In this document: one piece after another, positions 19,535 to 28,805 of the stretch
Numbering within the stretch: position 1 is the first letter of the stretch
Layout: every line of letters begins with the position of its first letter
From: Rhodobacterales bacterium
Lineage (GTDB): Bacteria > Pseudomonadota > Alphaproteobacteria > Rhodobacterales > Rhodobacteraceae
Reading direction: 5' to 3'
Length of the DNA stretch: 64,000 bases
Assembly (NCBI GenBank): GCA_031409795.1
Contig: JANNXX010000041.1
Span: 11,210 to 75,209 of the forward strand
The notes under the pieces: model-generated
The model's database searches: none
What the model was told of the DNA's origin: nothing
Seen by the model: only the letters and a program-made list of their open reading frames with translations
Translations under genes and position numbers: made by a program

Positions 19535-21421
19535 TCACGTCAGCCACACCCGTGCATAGGGCGGCAGCACGATCTTGCCCTGATGTGCCTCGACCGGCTG
19601 GTCGGACAGCGCGTCATGCATCGCCGATGCCCCCAGCGCGCGGGCAAGGCCTGCGTCGACCTGCTGCCAGGCTTCGGTAAAGTTGAACAGGCCCAGCAGC
19701 GTGCCGGTCGGTGCCAGGCGCTGGAACGCCAGCACGGCGGGCGATCCACTGCCCGTCACCCGGATCGGCACGCCCGCATGCAGCGCGGGCGTCGCCGCGC
19801 GGCGGGCCAGGATCTGCTTCGTACCCCAGAACACCCGCGAGGCCGGGGTGTCGCCTGAATGCCGCGCCTCGGCCTTGGCCCAATCCATCCGGGGGCGGTG
19901 GATCCAGCGGCTGTCATGTGCGTGCTCCGGCACGGTCAGATAGCCATGGTCGTTCGTCTGCGCCAGCTCGTCGCCCATGTAGATCAGCGGGATGCCGCCC
20001 CAGGCCGCGATCAGCGCATGGCCCATCAGGATGCGCTGGACCGCCATCTCGACCCCCGCCGCGTCGTCTGCCGCCTCGGCCCGCTCCAGCCCGGCAAGCG
20101 AGGCGAAGCTGCCGGAGATGCGCTTGTCGCCGGTTGCCGCGTTGAACTGGAAAAGCGCGCCCCTGGCGAAGGTGCCGGGGAAACCACCTTCGTAGAAATC
20201 CGACAGGAAACTGCGGTGACCGTGGCCCGAGGCCCCCACCGCCGCCGCATCCTCGTCAGTGATCGCCCAGCCGATGTCGTCATGGCAGCGGATATAGGTG
20301 GCATAGGTCGCATTGGTCAGCCGGTCGGGGAAATGGAGCCCTAGCACATGGCTCATCAGACGCACATCGCGGGTGGCCAGTGCCGACCAGAACTGCACCA
20401 TCAGGCTGTTGTGATAGGCCAGGTTGCCCTCTTTCCCGTCATGCTGGCCACGGCCCAGGTAGGGCAGCATCTCCGCCGGGGCGACGATCGCCTCTTCCAG
20501 ATGCAGCACGGCGGCACTGGAGATGCGGCTGCAGGCGCGCAGGGCCTGAAGCAGCATGTGAACCTCGGGTTCCGACTGGCAGCGGGTGCCCATCCGCTTC
20601 CACATGAAGGCCACGGCATCCAGCCGCAGCACATCAACGCCCTTGTTGGCCAGGAACAGCATCACCGCGACGATTTCCAGGAACACCTGCGGATTGGCCC
20701 AGTTCAGGTCCCACTGGTGTTCGTTGAAGGTGGTCCAGACCCACTTTTCGACCTCGGGGCAATGGGTGAAGTTGCCTGGCGCGTTGTCGGGGAAGACCTC
20801 GACCAGCGTGCGTTCGTACTGGCCGGGCAGGTCGGGCGTGTCGAACATCAGGTAATAGTCCTGATAGACCGGATCGCCCTTCGCCGCCTTCTTCGCCCAG
20901 GCATGCTCTTTCGCGGTGTGGTTCAGCACAAGGTCGACACACAGCGACATGCCCCGCGCCCGCAGGGCGGCGCTGACCGCCTCGAAATCCGCCATCGTGC
21001 CGAAGGCGGGGTTGATCTGGCGGTAGTCCATCACCGAATAGCCGCCGTCGCTGTCACCGGGGCGGGGCTTCAGGCAGGGCATCAGGTGGACATAGGTAAT
21101 GCCGAGGTCTTCGAGGTAGTCGAGTTTGTCGAGAATGCCTTTGAGGGTACCGTTGAAGCGGTCGATGTAGAAGACATAGCCCGCCATGCCGGGGCGCTGG
21201 AACCAGTCGGGTTCAAGGTCGCGGGTCAGGTCCAGCCGCTTGAGGTCGGCGGGGCGGTCGGCCCAGCCCTTGCGCAGGGCCTTGACCAGCTTGTCACGGA
21301 ATGCCGGGTAGTCCGGCCGCGCGCCATAAAGCGCCTCCAGCATCGGGAAGAGATCGGGGGTCGACCGGGCCAGCCGCAAATCGAAAATGTCGTCATCCGC
21401 GCCGGACGGCGTTCTGGCCAT
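19535..21421 (-). CDS. GH13 amylosucrase-like glycoside hydrolase/transglucosylase
   Basis: DGGYSV, DLVLNH, LRLDAV (nucleophile), EEAIV (acid/base), YIRCHDDIGW. Confidence 0.88.
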   Translation of the reverse strand: MARTPSGADDDIFDLRLARSTPDLFPMLEALYGARPDYPAFRDKLVKALRKGWADRPADLKRLDLTRDLEPDWFQRPGMAGYVFYIDRFNGTLKGILDKLDYLEDLGITYVHLMPCLKPRPGDSDGGYSVMDYRQINPAFGTMADFEAVSAALRARGMSLCVDLVLNHTAKEHAWAKKAAKGDPVYQDYYLMFDTPDLPGQYERTLVEVFPDNAPGNFTHCPEVEKWVWTTFNEHQWDLNWANPQVFLEIVAVMLFLANKGVDVLRLDAVAFMWKRMGTRCQSEPEVHMLLQALRACSRISSAAVLHLEEAIVAPAEMLPYLGRGQHDGKEGNLAYHNSLMVQFWSALATRDVRLMSHVLGLHFPDRLTNATYATYIRCHDDIGWAITDEDAAAVGASGHGHRSFLSDFYEGGFPGTFARGALFQFNAATGDKRISGSFASLAGLERAEAADDAAGVEMAVQRILMGHALIAAWGGIPLIYMGDELAQTNDHGYLTVPEHAHDSRWIHRPRMDWAKAEARHSGDTPASRVFWGTKQILARRAATPALHAGVPIRVTGSGSPAVLAFQRLAPTGTLLGLFNFTEAWQQVDAGLARALGASAMHDALSDQPVEAHQGKIVLPPYARVWLT

Positions 21422-21497
21422 GGTTGTCCTCCCTCTGCAGCGGCAGACTATGCGGTCCAAAGCGGTTTGGGAAGGGGTTCATGGGTCCATGCCGGTG

Positions 21498-21542
21498 CCG
21501 ATTTCTTCGAAGAAATCGGGCCGGAACCTTCGAAGGTTCCGG
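21498..21542. repeat. Tandem pair of perfect 22-bp palindromes (family B)
   Basis: CCGATTTCTTCGAAGAAATCGG (21498-21519) and CCGGAACCTTCGAAGGTTCCGG (21521-21542). Confidence 0.85.
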
Positions 21543-21560
21543 GGCACCCGCAGGCAAAGG

Positions 21561-22064
21561 TCAGACCGTCACGATCAACCGCGTCTGGTAGGTGATGCGC
21601 GGGGCGATCCAGTGCAGGTCACGCCGCGCAACGGCCACGCAACCGGCCGTGGGCGCGCCGGGGCGGCGCCACTGGTGGACAAAGATCGCCGATCCGCGTC
21701 CCGGTTCGGCGTGGGGCCAGTTCCAACCGGTGATCAGGATCAAGTCATACATCGGATCGGCCCGGCGCAGGCGTTCGTGGCTGAACCCGTGCGGCGCGCG
21801 GACCAGAAGGTTGTAGTCCTCATCCCTCGGGTCATCCGACCACAGGTCACAAGGCCCGATGGGCAGCGCCCAGTCGGCAGGACGTGCCAGGCGGTCAGGC
21901 CGGTAAAGCATCCCCACGATCCGGTGGACCCCGGCCGGTGTCGCCCCGTCGCCTTCGCGCTTCTGCCCCGGCGACACGATCCCGCCGCGTCCGAGGGTGC
22001 AGGCGAACCTCCGGCCCAGGAACCGGACCCCGGCGCGGCTGACCACAAGGTCTTGCGGCGTCAC
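21561..22064 (-). CDS. L,D-transpeptidase-family (YkuD-like) protein
   Basis: [27 protein letters not shown] (His/Cys catalytic pair); GTGA overlap with ribA. Confidence 0.85.
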   Translation of the reverse strand: MTPQDLVVSRAGVRFLGRRFACTLGRGGIVSPGQKREGDGATPAGVHRIVGMLYRPDRLARPADWALPIGPCDLWSDDPRDEDYNLLVRAPHGFSHERLRRADPMYDLILITGWNWPHAEPGRGSAIFVHQWRRPGAPTAGCVAVARRDLHWIAPRITYQTRLIVTV

Positions 22065-23149
22065 GTCAGATGCCCGGACTTCGCCGCCTTGGTGGCAAGA
22101 TAGGCGCGGTTCTCGTCGGTGAGGCCGACATGCAGGGGCACGCGCTCGGTCACGGCAAGGCCGCAACTTTCCAGCATCGCCAGCTTCCGGGGGTTGTTGG
22201 TCATCAGCCGGACCGTAGCGAACCCCAGCTTGCGCAGGATCTGCGCGCCGATCCGGAAATCGCGCTCGTCATCCTCGAAGCCCAGGCGGTGGTTGGCCTC
22301 GACCGTGTCAAACCCCTGATCCTGCAAGCTGTAGGCGCGCATCTTGTTGGCAAGGCCGATGCCCCGGCCCTCCTGGTTGAGGTAAAGCAGCACGCCCGCG
22401 CCATCGGTGCCCATCTGCTGCAAGGCCGCCCGAAGCTGCGGGCCGCAGTCGCATTTCAGGCTGCCCAGCACATCGCCGGTGAAACAGGCCGAATGCAGCC
22501 GGGCCAGCACTGGAAGCGCGCGGTCGGGGCGGCCGATCTCGATGGCGTAATGTTCGTCGCCGCCATCGTCGGGACGAAAGACATGCACGCGGCCTGCGGC
22601 GCTGGCGACCAGCGGTACGCGGGCCGAAACGACCTCGGCCATTGGTGGCAAGGCGGCCAGGGCGGGGGTGATCTCGTCCAGCGACAGAAGCGTCAGGCCG
22701 TGGCGGCCTGCCAGTTCCAGCGCCTGTGCCACCGGCACGACAAGCGTCGCCGGCAGAAGATGCGCGGACTTGGCCAGCGCCAGCGCGGCGCGGTGCAGGT
22801 CGGCGGGACCGTCACGCTGGCTTTGCAGCGGACCCTTCATCGGCATCCGCAGGTCATCGGCCGGGTCGGCGACCGACCGCAGCCAGCCAAGATCCGCCCC
22901 GGTCGGCGGGACGATGCGGGCAAGGTCGCCGTCATAGGCGCGGGCCTTCAAGGTCTCGGCCCGTCGCGCGGTGATCGCCAGCACCGGAGCGCCATGGCTG
23001 CGCAACGTTGCCAGACGGCCGGCATCCAGCGCCTCGACCGCGACGACAAGGACGGCACCCTCGGCCCCGCAAAGGACAACCGGCACGCCCATGCGCAGGT
23101 CCGCCCGGGCGCGGGTCAGCCGTTCGGCGATGGAAAGGGTCAGGCTCAT
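22061..23149 (-). CDS. ribA: GTP cyclohydrolase II with an N-terminal RibB-like domain
   Basis: [20 protein letters not shown] zinc motif; QEGRGIGL; LMTNNPRK. Confidence 0.93.
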   Translation of the reverse strand: MSLTLSIAERLTRARADLRMGVPVVLCGAEGAVLVVAVEALDAGRLATLRSHGAPVLAITARRAETLKARAYDGDLARIVPPTGADLGWLRSVADPADDLRMPMKGPLQSQRDGPADLHRAALALAKSAHLLPATLVVPVAQALELAGRHGLTLLSLDEITPALAALPPMAEVVSARVPLVASAAGRVHVFRPDDGGDEHYAIEIGRPDRALPVLARLHSACFTGDVLGSLKCDCGPQLRAALQQMGTDGAGVLLYLNQEGRGIGLANKMRAYSLQDQGFDTVEANHRLGFEDDERDFRIGAQILRKLGFATVRLMTNNPRKLAMLESCGLAVTERVPLHVGLTDENRAYLATKAAKSGHLT

Positions 23150-23287
23150 GCCCGCCTTCTTACCCTCCGGGTGACGAAATTGAAACATTGCCCGGCCAGC
23201 CGACACGACCGCGTGAGATTTCGGTCGCAAATCTTGCGGGCGGCGTGATCGGGCTGCATGTCCGTTCCACAGGCAGTGGAGGTTGCA

Positions 23288-23974
23288 ATGGCTGGACTTC
23301 GGAAGATCCTCTTGGTTGACGATGACGACGACCTGCGCGAGGCGCTGAGCGAACAGCTGGTGATGACCGAGGATTTCGACGTGTTCGAAGCCCGCACCGG
23401 TGCCGAGGGCATGGAGAAGGCCAAGGCCGGGCTTTACGATCTGGTGATCCTGGACGTGGGCCTGCCCGATACCGACGGCCGTGAGCTGTGCCGCAGGATG
23501 CGCAAGGGCGGGGTGAAATGCCCGATCCTGATGCTGACCGGGCATGACACCGACAGCGACACGATCCTGGGCCTTGATGCCGGTGCCAACGACTATGTGA
23601 CCAAGCCGTTCAAGTTCCCGGTGCTTCTGGCCCGCATCCGCGCGCAGCTGCGCACGCATGAACAGTCGGAAGACGCGATCTTCCAGATGGGCCCCTACAC
23701 GTTCAAGCCCGCGCAGAAGATGCTGCTGGACGAAAAGGAAAAGAAGATCCGCCTGACCGAGAAAGAGACAAACATCCTGAAATACCTCTACCGCGCGCAG
23801 TCGGGCGTGGTGGCGCGGGATGTCCTGCTGCACGAGGTCTGGGGCTACAACGCCGGGGTCACCACCCACACGCTGGAGACCCATATCTACCGGCTGCGCC
23901 AGAAGATCGAGCCCGATCCCTCGAACGCGCGGCTGCTGGTCACCGAAAGCGGTGGCTACCGGCTGGTCGCCTGA
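23288..23974 (+). CDS. cenR: OmpR-family response regulator, CenR-like
   Basis: Receiver domain (DDD, LDV phospho-Asp, KPF) plus winged HTH ([20 protein letters not shown]); sequence and ribA linkage resemble alphaproteobacterial CenR. Confidence 0.8.
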   Translation: MAGLRKILLVDDDDDLREALSEQLVMTEDFDVFEARTGAEGMEKAKAGLYDLVILDVGLPDTDGRELCRRMRKGGVKCPILMLTGHDTDSDTILGLDAGANDYVTKPFKFPVLLARIRAQLRTHEQSEDAIFQMGPYTFKPAQKMLLDEKEKKIRLTEKETNILKYLYRAQSGVVARDVLLHEVWGYNAGVTTHTLETHIYRLRQKIEPDPSNARLLVTESGGYRLVA

Positions 23975-24074
23975 CCTTACGGCAATTCTGATGCCCGGCG
24001 GCAACGCCGGGCTGCGTCCGCCTTGCAACAGCCCTGAAATCTTGCGCATTGGGGCTTATTGTCGCCGGAATTGC

Positions 24075-24189
24075 TTGCTAGCTTTCTCGCATGCACCGGT
24101 TGTGCAGCAGGTTCCCCTTGTCGCGTCGGGGTTATGGCGCGGCATCCTCCCTGTTGGACCTGGCCGGGCCGCTTGCCCGGCCTTTTTTT
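24075..24189 (+). ncRNA. Candidate SorX-like 3'UTR-derived small RNA (5' end approximate)
   Basis: Anti-SD motif ATCCTCCCTG (24144-24153) followed by a strong terminator, in the 3' UTR of the CenR/OmpR-1-type gene where SorX is known to lie in R. sphaeroides. Confidence 0.65.
24162..24189 (+). terminator. Rho-independent terminator of the cenR/sRNA transcript
   Basis: GGCCGGGC-CGCTT-GCCCGGCC-TTTTTTT. Confidence 0.9.
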
Positions 24190-24231
24190 GTCCTGGTTGC
24201 CCCGGCCTTCGCGCACTGTTAGCCAAGGGCG

Positions 24232-25197
24232 ATGCGGATCCTGGCTTTCCTTCTTGCCATCCTTGTCAGCCTTGCGCTGGTGCTGGTGTTGGGACTGCGC
24301 CTTGCAGCGGCGATCCGCGAGGCAGGCGTGCTGCCGGTCCGCCTCCCCGAAGAAGGCCGGATCGTCGAGACCGCCCTTGGCCCGATCTACGTCGAAGAGC
24401 TGGGGTCCCCGGACGGCGCGCCACTGTTCTTGGTGCATGGTTCGGTCGGCTGGTCGCGGATGTGGCGGCCGACCTCCGAGGCTTTGGCGGCGGCAGGCTA
24501 CCGTGTCATGGCCTTCGACATGCCACCGATGGGGTGGTCGTTCCGTGATCCCGAAGGCGACTACAGCCGCCAGACCCAGGCGAAGCGACTTCTGGCGCTG
24601 GCCGAGGCGGTGGGGGTCAGGCCGGTGCTGGTGGCGCATTCCTTCGGCGCCGGTGCCGCCTCCGAAGCCGCGATGCTGCAGCCGGACGCCTTCGCCGGGC
24701 TGGTCGTGGTCTCGGGTGCGATCGGGCTTGACCAGGACGGGGCGGGGCAGTCGCCGCCCTGGCCGCTGGGCTATCCCTTCCTGCGCGAACTGGCGATCTC
24801 GGCCACGGTGACCAATCCACCGGCAATGGGTCCGATGCTGCGGCGGTTCCTGCATCGCACCGATGCTGCGACCCCCGACATCATCGCCATGCTGAACCGC
24901 CCGAACCGCCGTGCCGGGACGACCGCTGCACTGGCCGACTGGCTGCCAAGCCTGCTTGTGCCGCCTGCGGGGGCCCTGTCGACGCAGCCGGAAAACTGGC
25001 AGGGCTTCCCCGTGCCGCTGGCCTTCCTCTGGGGCGACCGCGACACCGCGACCCCGCTGGATCAGGGCCAGCGCCTTGCTGGCCTGACCGGCGCGCCGCT
25101 TTCCATCCTGACCGAGGTCGGCCATATTCCCCAGATCGAGGCCCCGGCCGAGTTTCAGGCCTTGCTGATCGCTGCCCTTGCCGAAATCACCCCCTGA
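24232..25197 (+). CDS. Membrane-anchored alpha/beta hydrolase
   Basis: N-terminal TM; LVHG oxyanion segment; AHSFG nucleophile elbow; WGDRD; GH near the C-terminus. Confidence 0.85.
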   Translation: MRILAFLLAILVSLALVLVLGLRLAAAIREAGVLPVRLPEEGRIVETALGPIYVEELGSPDGAPLFLVHGSVGWSRMWRPTSEALAAAGYRVMAFDMPPMGWSFRDPEGDYSRQTQAKRLLALAEAVGVRPVLVAHSFGAGAASEAAMLQPDAFAGLVVVSGAIGLDQDGAGQSPPWPLGYPFLRELAISATVTNPPAMGPMLRRFLHRTDAATPDIIAMLNRPNRRAGTTAALADWLPSLLVPPAGALSTQPENWQGFPVPLAFLWGDRDTATPLDQGQRLAGLTGAPLSILTEVGHIPQIEAPAEFQALLIAALAEITP

Positions 25198-25203
25198 GGC
25201 CCC

Positions 25204-25992
25204 ATGCCCTTTACCCTTGCCACCTGGAACATCAACTCGGTCCGCCTGCGCGAAGGGCTGGTCGCGCGCCTTATGGCCGAGGAAAGCCCCGATATCCTGT
25301 GCCTGCAGGAATGCAAAAGCCCGGTGGAGCTGATCCCGCTGGAGCAGTTTCAGGCGCTGGGCTACCGCTACATCGTGGCGCGGGGACAGAAGGGCTATAA
25401 CGGGGTCGCGATCCTGTCGAAACTGCCGATCATGGATGCGGGAGAGCAGGATTTCGCCCGGCTTGGCCACGCCCGCCACGTCTCTGCGCAGCTGGAGAAC
25501 GGGGTGACGATCCACAACTGCTATGTCCCTGCGGGGGGCGACATCCCCGACCGCGACCAGAACGTCAAGTTCGGCCAGAAACTGGATTTCCTGACCGAGA
25601 TGCGGGATTACTTCCATTGGCAGCGGCCAGACCGCGCCATTCTGGTCGGCGACCTCAACATCGCGCCGCGCGAGGATGACGTCTGGGATCACAAGGCGCT
25701 GCTGAAGATCGTCAGTCACACGCCGGTCGAGGTTGATCACCTTGGCGCGGTGATGGAAGCCGGGGGCTGGCAGGACGTGACCCGCAACGACCTGCCGGAC
25801 GGCCGGCTTTACAGCTGGTGGAGCTACCGCGCCGCCGACTGGGACGCCGCCGACAAGGGGCGCCGGCTGGACCACATCTGGGCAACACCCGATATCACGG
25901 GCGCGGCGCATGGCAGCCGCATCCTGCGCACAGCGCGGGGGTGGGAGGGCCCCTCCGACCATGTCCCGGTGTTCGCGACGTTTGACCTTTAA
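25204..25992 (+). CDS. xthA: Exodeoxyribonuclease III
   Basis: ATWNINSVR, LCLQECK, GDLNIAP, YSWWSYR, RLDH, SDHVPV. Confidence 0.95.
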   Translation: MPFTLATWNINSVRLREGLVARLMAEESPDILCLQECKSPVELIPLEQFQALGYRYIVARGQKGYNGVAILSKLPIMDAGEQDFARLGHARHVSAQLENGVTIHNCYVPAGGDIPDRDQNVKFGQKLDFLTEMRDYFHWQRPDRAILVGDLNIAPREDDVWDHKALLKIVSHTPVEVDHLGAVMEAGGWQDVTRNDLPDGRLYSWWSYRAADWDAADKGRRLDHIWATPDITGAAHGSRILRTARGWEGPSDHVPVFATFDL

Positions 25993-26017
25993 CCGCAGGC
26001 CCCTTGGAACGAATCTG

Positions 26018-26039
26018 CAAATTCCTTCGAAGGAATTTG
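26018..26039. repeat. Perfect 22-bp palindrome (family B) between convergent xthA and tlpA
   Basis: CAAATTCCTTCGAAGGAATTTG. Confidence 0.85.
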
Positions 26040-26582
26040 TCAGTTTCCTGCCACAAGTGCCGCCAGAATCGCCCGGGCGCTGGCGCTGTCCCATTCGGCG
26101 TCACCGATAAGGCGGGCAATCTCCTGCCCCTCGGGGTTCAGGATGACGGTCACCGGCAGGCCCATGATCCCCATGCTGCGGGCCAGTTCCGATGTCGGGT
26201 CGCGCAGGATCGGCAGGTTGGCGATCGCCTCTTCCTCGAAGAACCGCTTCATTCCAGCCACCGCGTTGCGGCCCGTGGCCACCGGCACCACCGCGATTTC
26301 GGGCATCGCCGCCTGCAGCCTGTCAAGTGAGGGCATCTCGTGTCGGCAAGGTGCGCACCAGGTGGCCCAGAAGTTCAGCACCACCCATTTCCCGCGATAG
26401 TCTGCCAGCGACCGGGGCGCGTCCTCGACATCGACCAGCCCGATTTCATCCAGGGGGACCGGCGTTTCGTGGAAGGTCAGCTTCTTCATGTCGCCGTCGC
26501 GCAGGTCGGCCACGTCGGCTGCTGCCGCGTTTGCACCAAGAAGGAAGGCCGTATAAACGACCATGAGAGTTTTCCGCAGCAT
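26040..26582 (-). CDS. tlpA: TlpA-family thiol:disulfide oxidoreductase
   Basis: [18 protein letters not shown] (CxxC); GLPVT; divergent from argH as commonly seen in Alphaproteobacteria. Confidence 0.88.
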   Translation of the reverse strand: MLRKTLMVVYTAFLLGANAAAADVADLRDGDMKKLTFHETPVPLDEIGLVDVEDAPRSLADYRGKWVVLNFWATWCAPCRHEMPSLDRLQAAMPEIAVVPVATGRNAVAGMKRFFEEEAIANLPILRDPTSELARSMGIMGLPVTVILNPEGQEIARLIGDAEWDSASARAILAALVAGN

Positions 26583-26604
26583 CTTCCCTCGCAAGGCCTG
26601 TCTC

Positions 26605-28008
26605 ATGTCCGTTCCGCCCACCACCCCGGCCGCCAACCAGATGTGGGGCGGGCGTTTTGCCTCTGGGCCGGACGCGATCATGCAGGCGATCAACGCTTCG
26701 ATCGGGTTCGACCAGCGGCTTTACGCGCAGGATATCGCGGGCAGCCGGGCCCATGCCGCGATGTTGGCGGCGACGGGCATCCTTAGTCATAAGGACGCGG
26801 AAGCCATCGGGGAAGGCCTTCTCACGGTGTTGTCAGAGATTGAAACCGGCAAGTTCCCGTTCCGGACCGAACTTGAGGACATCCATCTCAACATCGAGCA
26901 CCGGCTGACCGAGCTGATCGGCGAGCCCGGCAAGCGGCTGCACACCGCGCGCAGCCGCAATGACCAGGTGGCGGTCGATTTCCGCCTTTGGGTGCGCGAC
27001 CAGTGCGACCAGGCCGTGGCGGGGCTGACCGGGTTGATGCAGGCGTTCCTGGCGCAGGCCGAGGCGGGGGCCGATTGGGTGATGCCGGGCTTCACCCATC
27101 TGCAGACCGCGCAGCCGGTGACCTGGGGGCATCACATGCTGGCTTATGTCGAGATGTTTGCCCGCGACCGCAGCCGTTTCGAAGATGCCCGCCGCCGGAT
27201 GAACGAATGCCCGCTGGGCGCGGCGGCGCTGGCGGGCACGTCGTTTCCGATTGACCGCGAGATGACGGCACGGGCGCTGGGCTTTGACCGGCCGACGGCG
27301 AACAGCCTTGATTCCGTGTCCGACCGCGATTTCGCGCTGGAGTTCCTGGCGGCGGCCAGCATCAGCGCCATGCACCTGTCGCGCTTCGCCGAGGAGCTGG
27401 TGATCTGGTCTTCGGCACAGTTCCGCTTTGTCCGCCTGTCAGACCGCTGGACCACCGGGTCAAGCATCATGCCGCAAAAGAAGAACCCCGACGCGGCCGA
27501 GCTTCTGCGGGCCAAGCTGGGGCGCATCCTTGGCGCGACGGTGGCGCTGTTCACGGTGATGAAGGGGCTGGCACTGACCTATTCCAAGGACATGCAGGAG
27601 GACAAGGAACAGGTCTTCGACGCTGCGGACAGCCTGATGCTGGGCCTGGCCGCGATGACCGGCATGGTCGGCGACATGACCGCCAACCGTGCGATCCTGG
27701 CGACGGCGGCAGCCAGCGGCTTTTCCACCGCGACCGATCTGGCCGACTGGCTGGTGCGCGCGCTGGGCCTGCCCTTCCGCGAGGCGCATCACGTCACCGG
27801 CGCCCTGGTTGCGCTGGCCGAGGCGGGTGGCGTCGACCTGCCCGACCTGACCCTCGCGCAGATGCAATCGGTTCATCCCGGCATCACCGAGGCGGTCTTT
27901 GCTGTCCTTGGGGTGGAAAACTCGGTGCGCAGCCGCGTGTCCCAGGGGGGCACCGCACCGGATCAGGTGCGGGCCCAGATCGCCCGCTGGCGCGCGGCGC
28001 TTGGTTGA
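26605..28008 (+). CDS. argH: Argininosuccinate lyase
   Basis: [45 protein letters not shown]. Confidence 0.98.
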   Translation: MSVPPTTPAANQMWGGRFASGPDAIMQAINASIGFDQRLYAQDIAGSRAHAAMLAATGILSHKDAEAIGEGLLTVLSEIETGKFPFRTELEDIHLNIEHRLTELIGEPGKRLHTARSRNDQVAVDFRLWVRDQCDQAVAGLTGLMQAFLAQAEAGADWVMPGFTHLQTAQPVTWGHHMLAYVEMFARDRSRFEDARRRMNECPLGAAALAGTSFPIDREMTARALGFDRPTANSLDSVSDRDFALEFLAAASISAMHLSRFAEELVIWSSAQFRFVRLSDRWTTGSSIMPQKKNPDAAELLRAKLGRILGATVALFTVMKGLALTYSKDMQEDKEQVFDAADSLMLGLAAMTGMVGDMTANRAILATAAASGFSTATDLADWLVRALGLPFREAHHVTGALVALAEAGGVDLPDLTLAQMQSVHPGITEAVFAVLGVENSVRSRVSQGGTAPDQVRAQIARWRAALG

Positions 28009-28232
28009 CGTGGGGCGAAAATCTGTCGCCGAAGGATTATCTGGCCGGCGTCGTCCGAACCGGATCGACATGCAATGATCCCGACAAGCGCCGCATCGAT
28101 CTTGCTCTTTCCGGCCTTCGGCGCCCGGACGATTCGGGATGGCCATCGGTCATTTCGGAATACCTGCCTTGTCAGGCGTTGACCGGCAGCCCACGATCAG
28201 CTTTGAAGCAACTGACAAAGAGGACCGCATGA
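28005..28232 (+). CDS. Possible 75-aa bridging ORF or gene remnant
   Basis: TTG overlaps the argH TGA and its TGA overlaps the next ATG; no recognisable family. Confidence 0.3.
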   Translation: MTWGENLSPKDYLAGVVRTGSTCNDPDKRRIDLALSGLRRPDDSGWPSVISEYLPCQALTGSPRSALKQLTKRTA

Positions 28233-28357
28233 CCCGCCTGATCCTGATCGCCTGCCTGCTGCTGGCCGCCTGCGGCGTGGACGGCCCGCCGGAGCCCCCG
28301 GCGCCGTCCGGCCTGACCCTGTCCGGCGACGCCCAGATCGGGATCGTGTCGAATTGA
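28229..28357 (+). CDS. Small lipoprotein (LptM/YifL-like position and motif)
   Basis: SD AGAGGA; lipobox LAAC followed by GVDGPPEPP; between argH and lysA. Confidence 0.7.
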   Translation: MTRLILIACLLLAACGVDGPPEPPAPSGLTLSGDAQIGIVSN

Positions 28358-28674
28358 CCCCTTTGAGACTGGCATTTCTGGCGCTTGCGGTCTGGGGCGC
28401 CGTTCATCCGATGTACTGGTTCCTGCGTCACATGCGCGAAACCGGCACCGGCCTGTCGGGCCTGATCGACGCCTGGTATGTCAACGCCTCGACCACCGGG
28501 CTGACCTGGGACCTGACCATTGCCGCCATCGCGCTGACGGTCTGGATCCTGGCCGAGGCGATCAGTCGCCGGGCGTGGTGGCACCTGATCGCCATCCCGG
28601 CGACCTTCTGCATCGGCGTCAGCTGCGGATTGCCGCTCTACCTTTTCCTGCGCTCGGGGCGTCCATCAGATTGA
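28354..28674 (+). CDS. DUF2834-like small membrane protein
   Basis: TTGA overlap; WDLTIAAIALTVWI and IGVSCGLPLYLFLR motifs. Confidence 0.75.
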   Translation: MTPLRLAFLALAVWGAVHPMYWFLRHMRETGTGLSGLIDAWYVNASTTGLTWDLTIAAIALTVWILAEAISRRAWWHLIAIPATFCIGVSCGLPLYLFLRSGRPSD

Positions 28675-28738
28675 GCGTGTTCCGCGCAAGCCACTTGTCT
28701 CGCCGCTTCGCGTGAAGGACGCAAGGCAGCGTGGATAT

Positions 28739-28803
28739 CGGGGGCGCTTCGCCCCCCACCCCCCCAAAAATTGCCCCCCCAGGATATTCAGGGCAAGGTG
28801 AAC
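28739..28803 (-). repeat. Intergenic repeat (family C) between convergent genes
   Basis: Minus strand TTCACCTTGCCCTGAATATCCTGGGGGGG...GGGGGGTGGGGGGCGAAGCGCCCCCG. Confidence 0.65.
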
Positions 28804-28805
28804 GG

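Noticed and set aside
24059-24083. TTG-N16-CTAGCT as an internal RpoH-type promoter for the sRNA
   Set aside because: The spacing looks short for the consensus as I recall it; processing from the cenR mRNA explains the RNA equally well
26582-26605. Only 22 bp between the divergent tlpA and argH starts
   Set aside because: A common alphaproteobacterial arrangement, not novel
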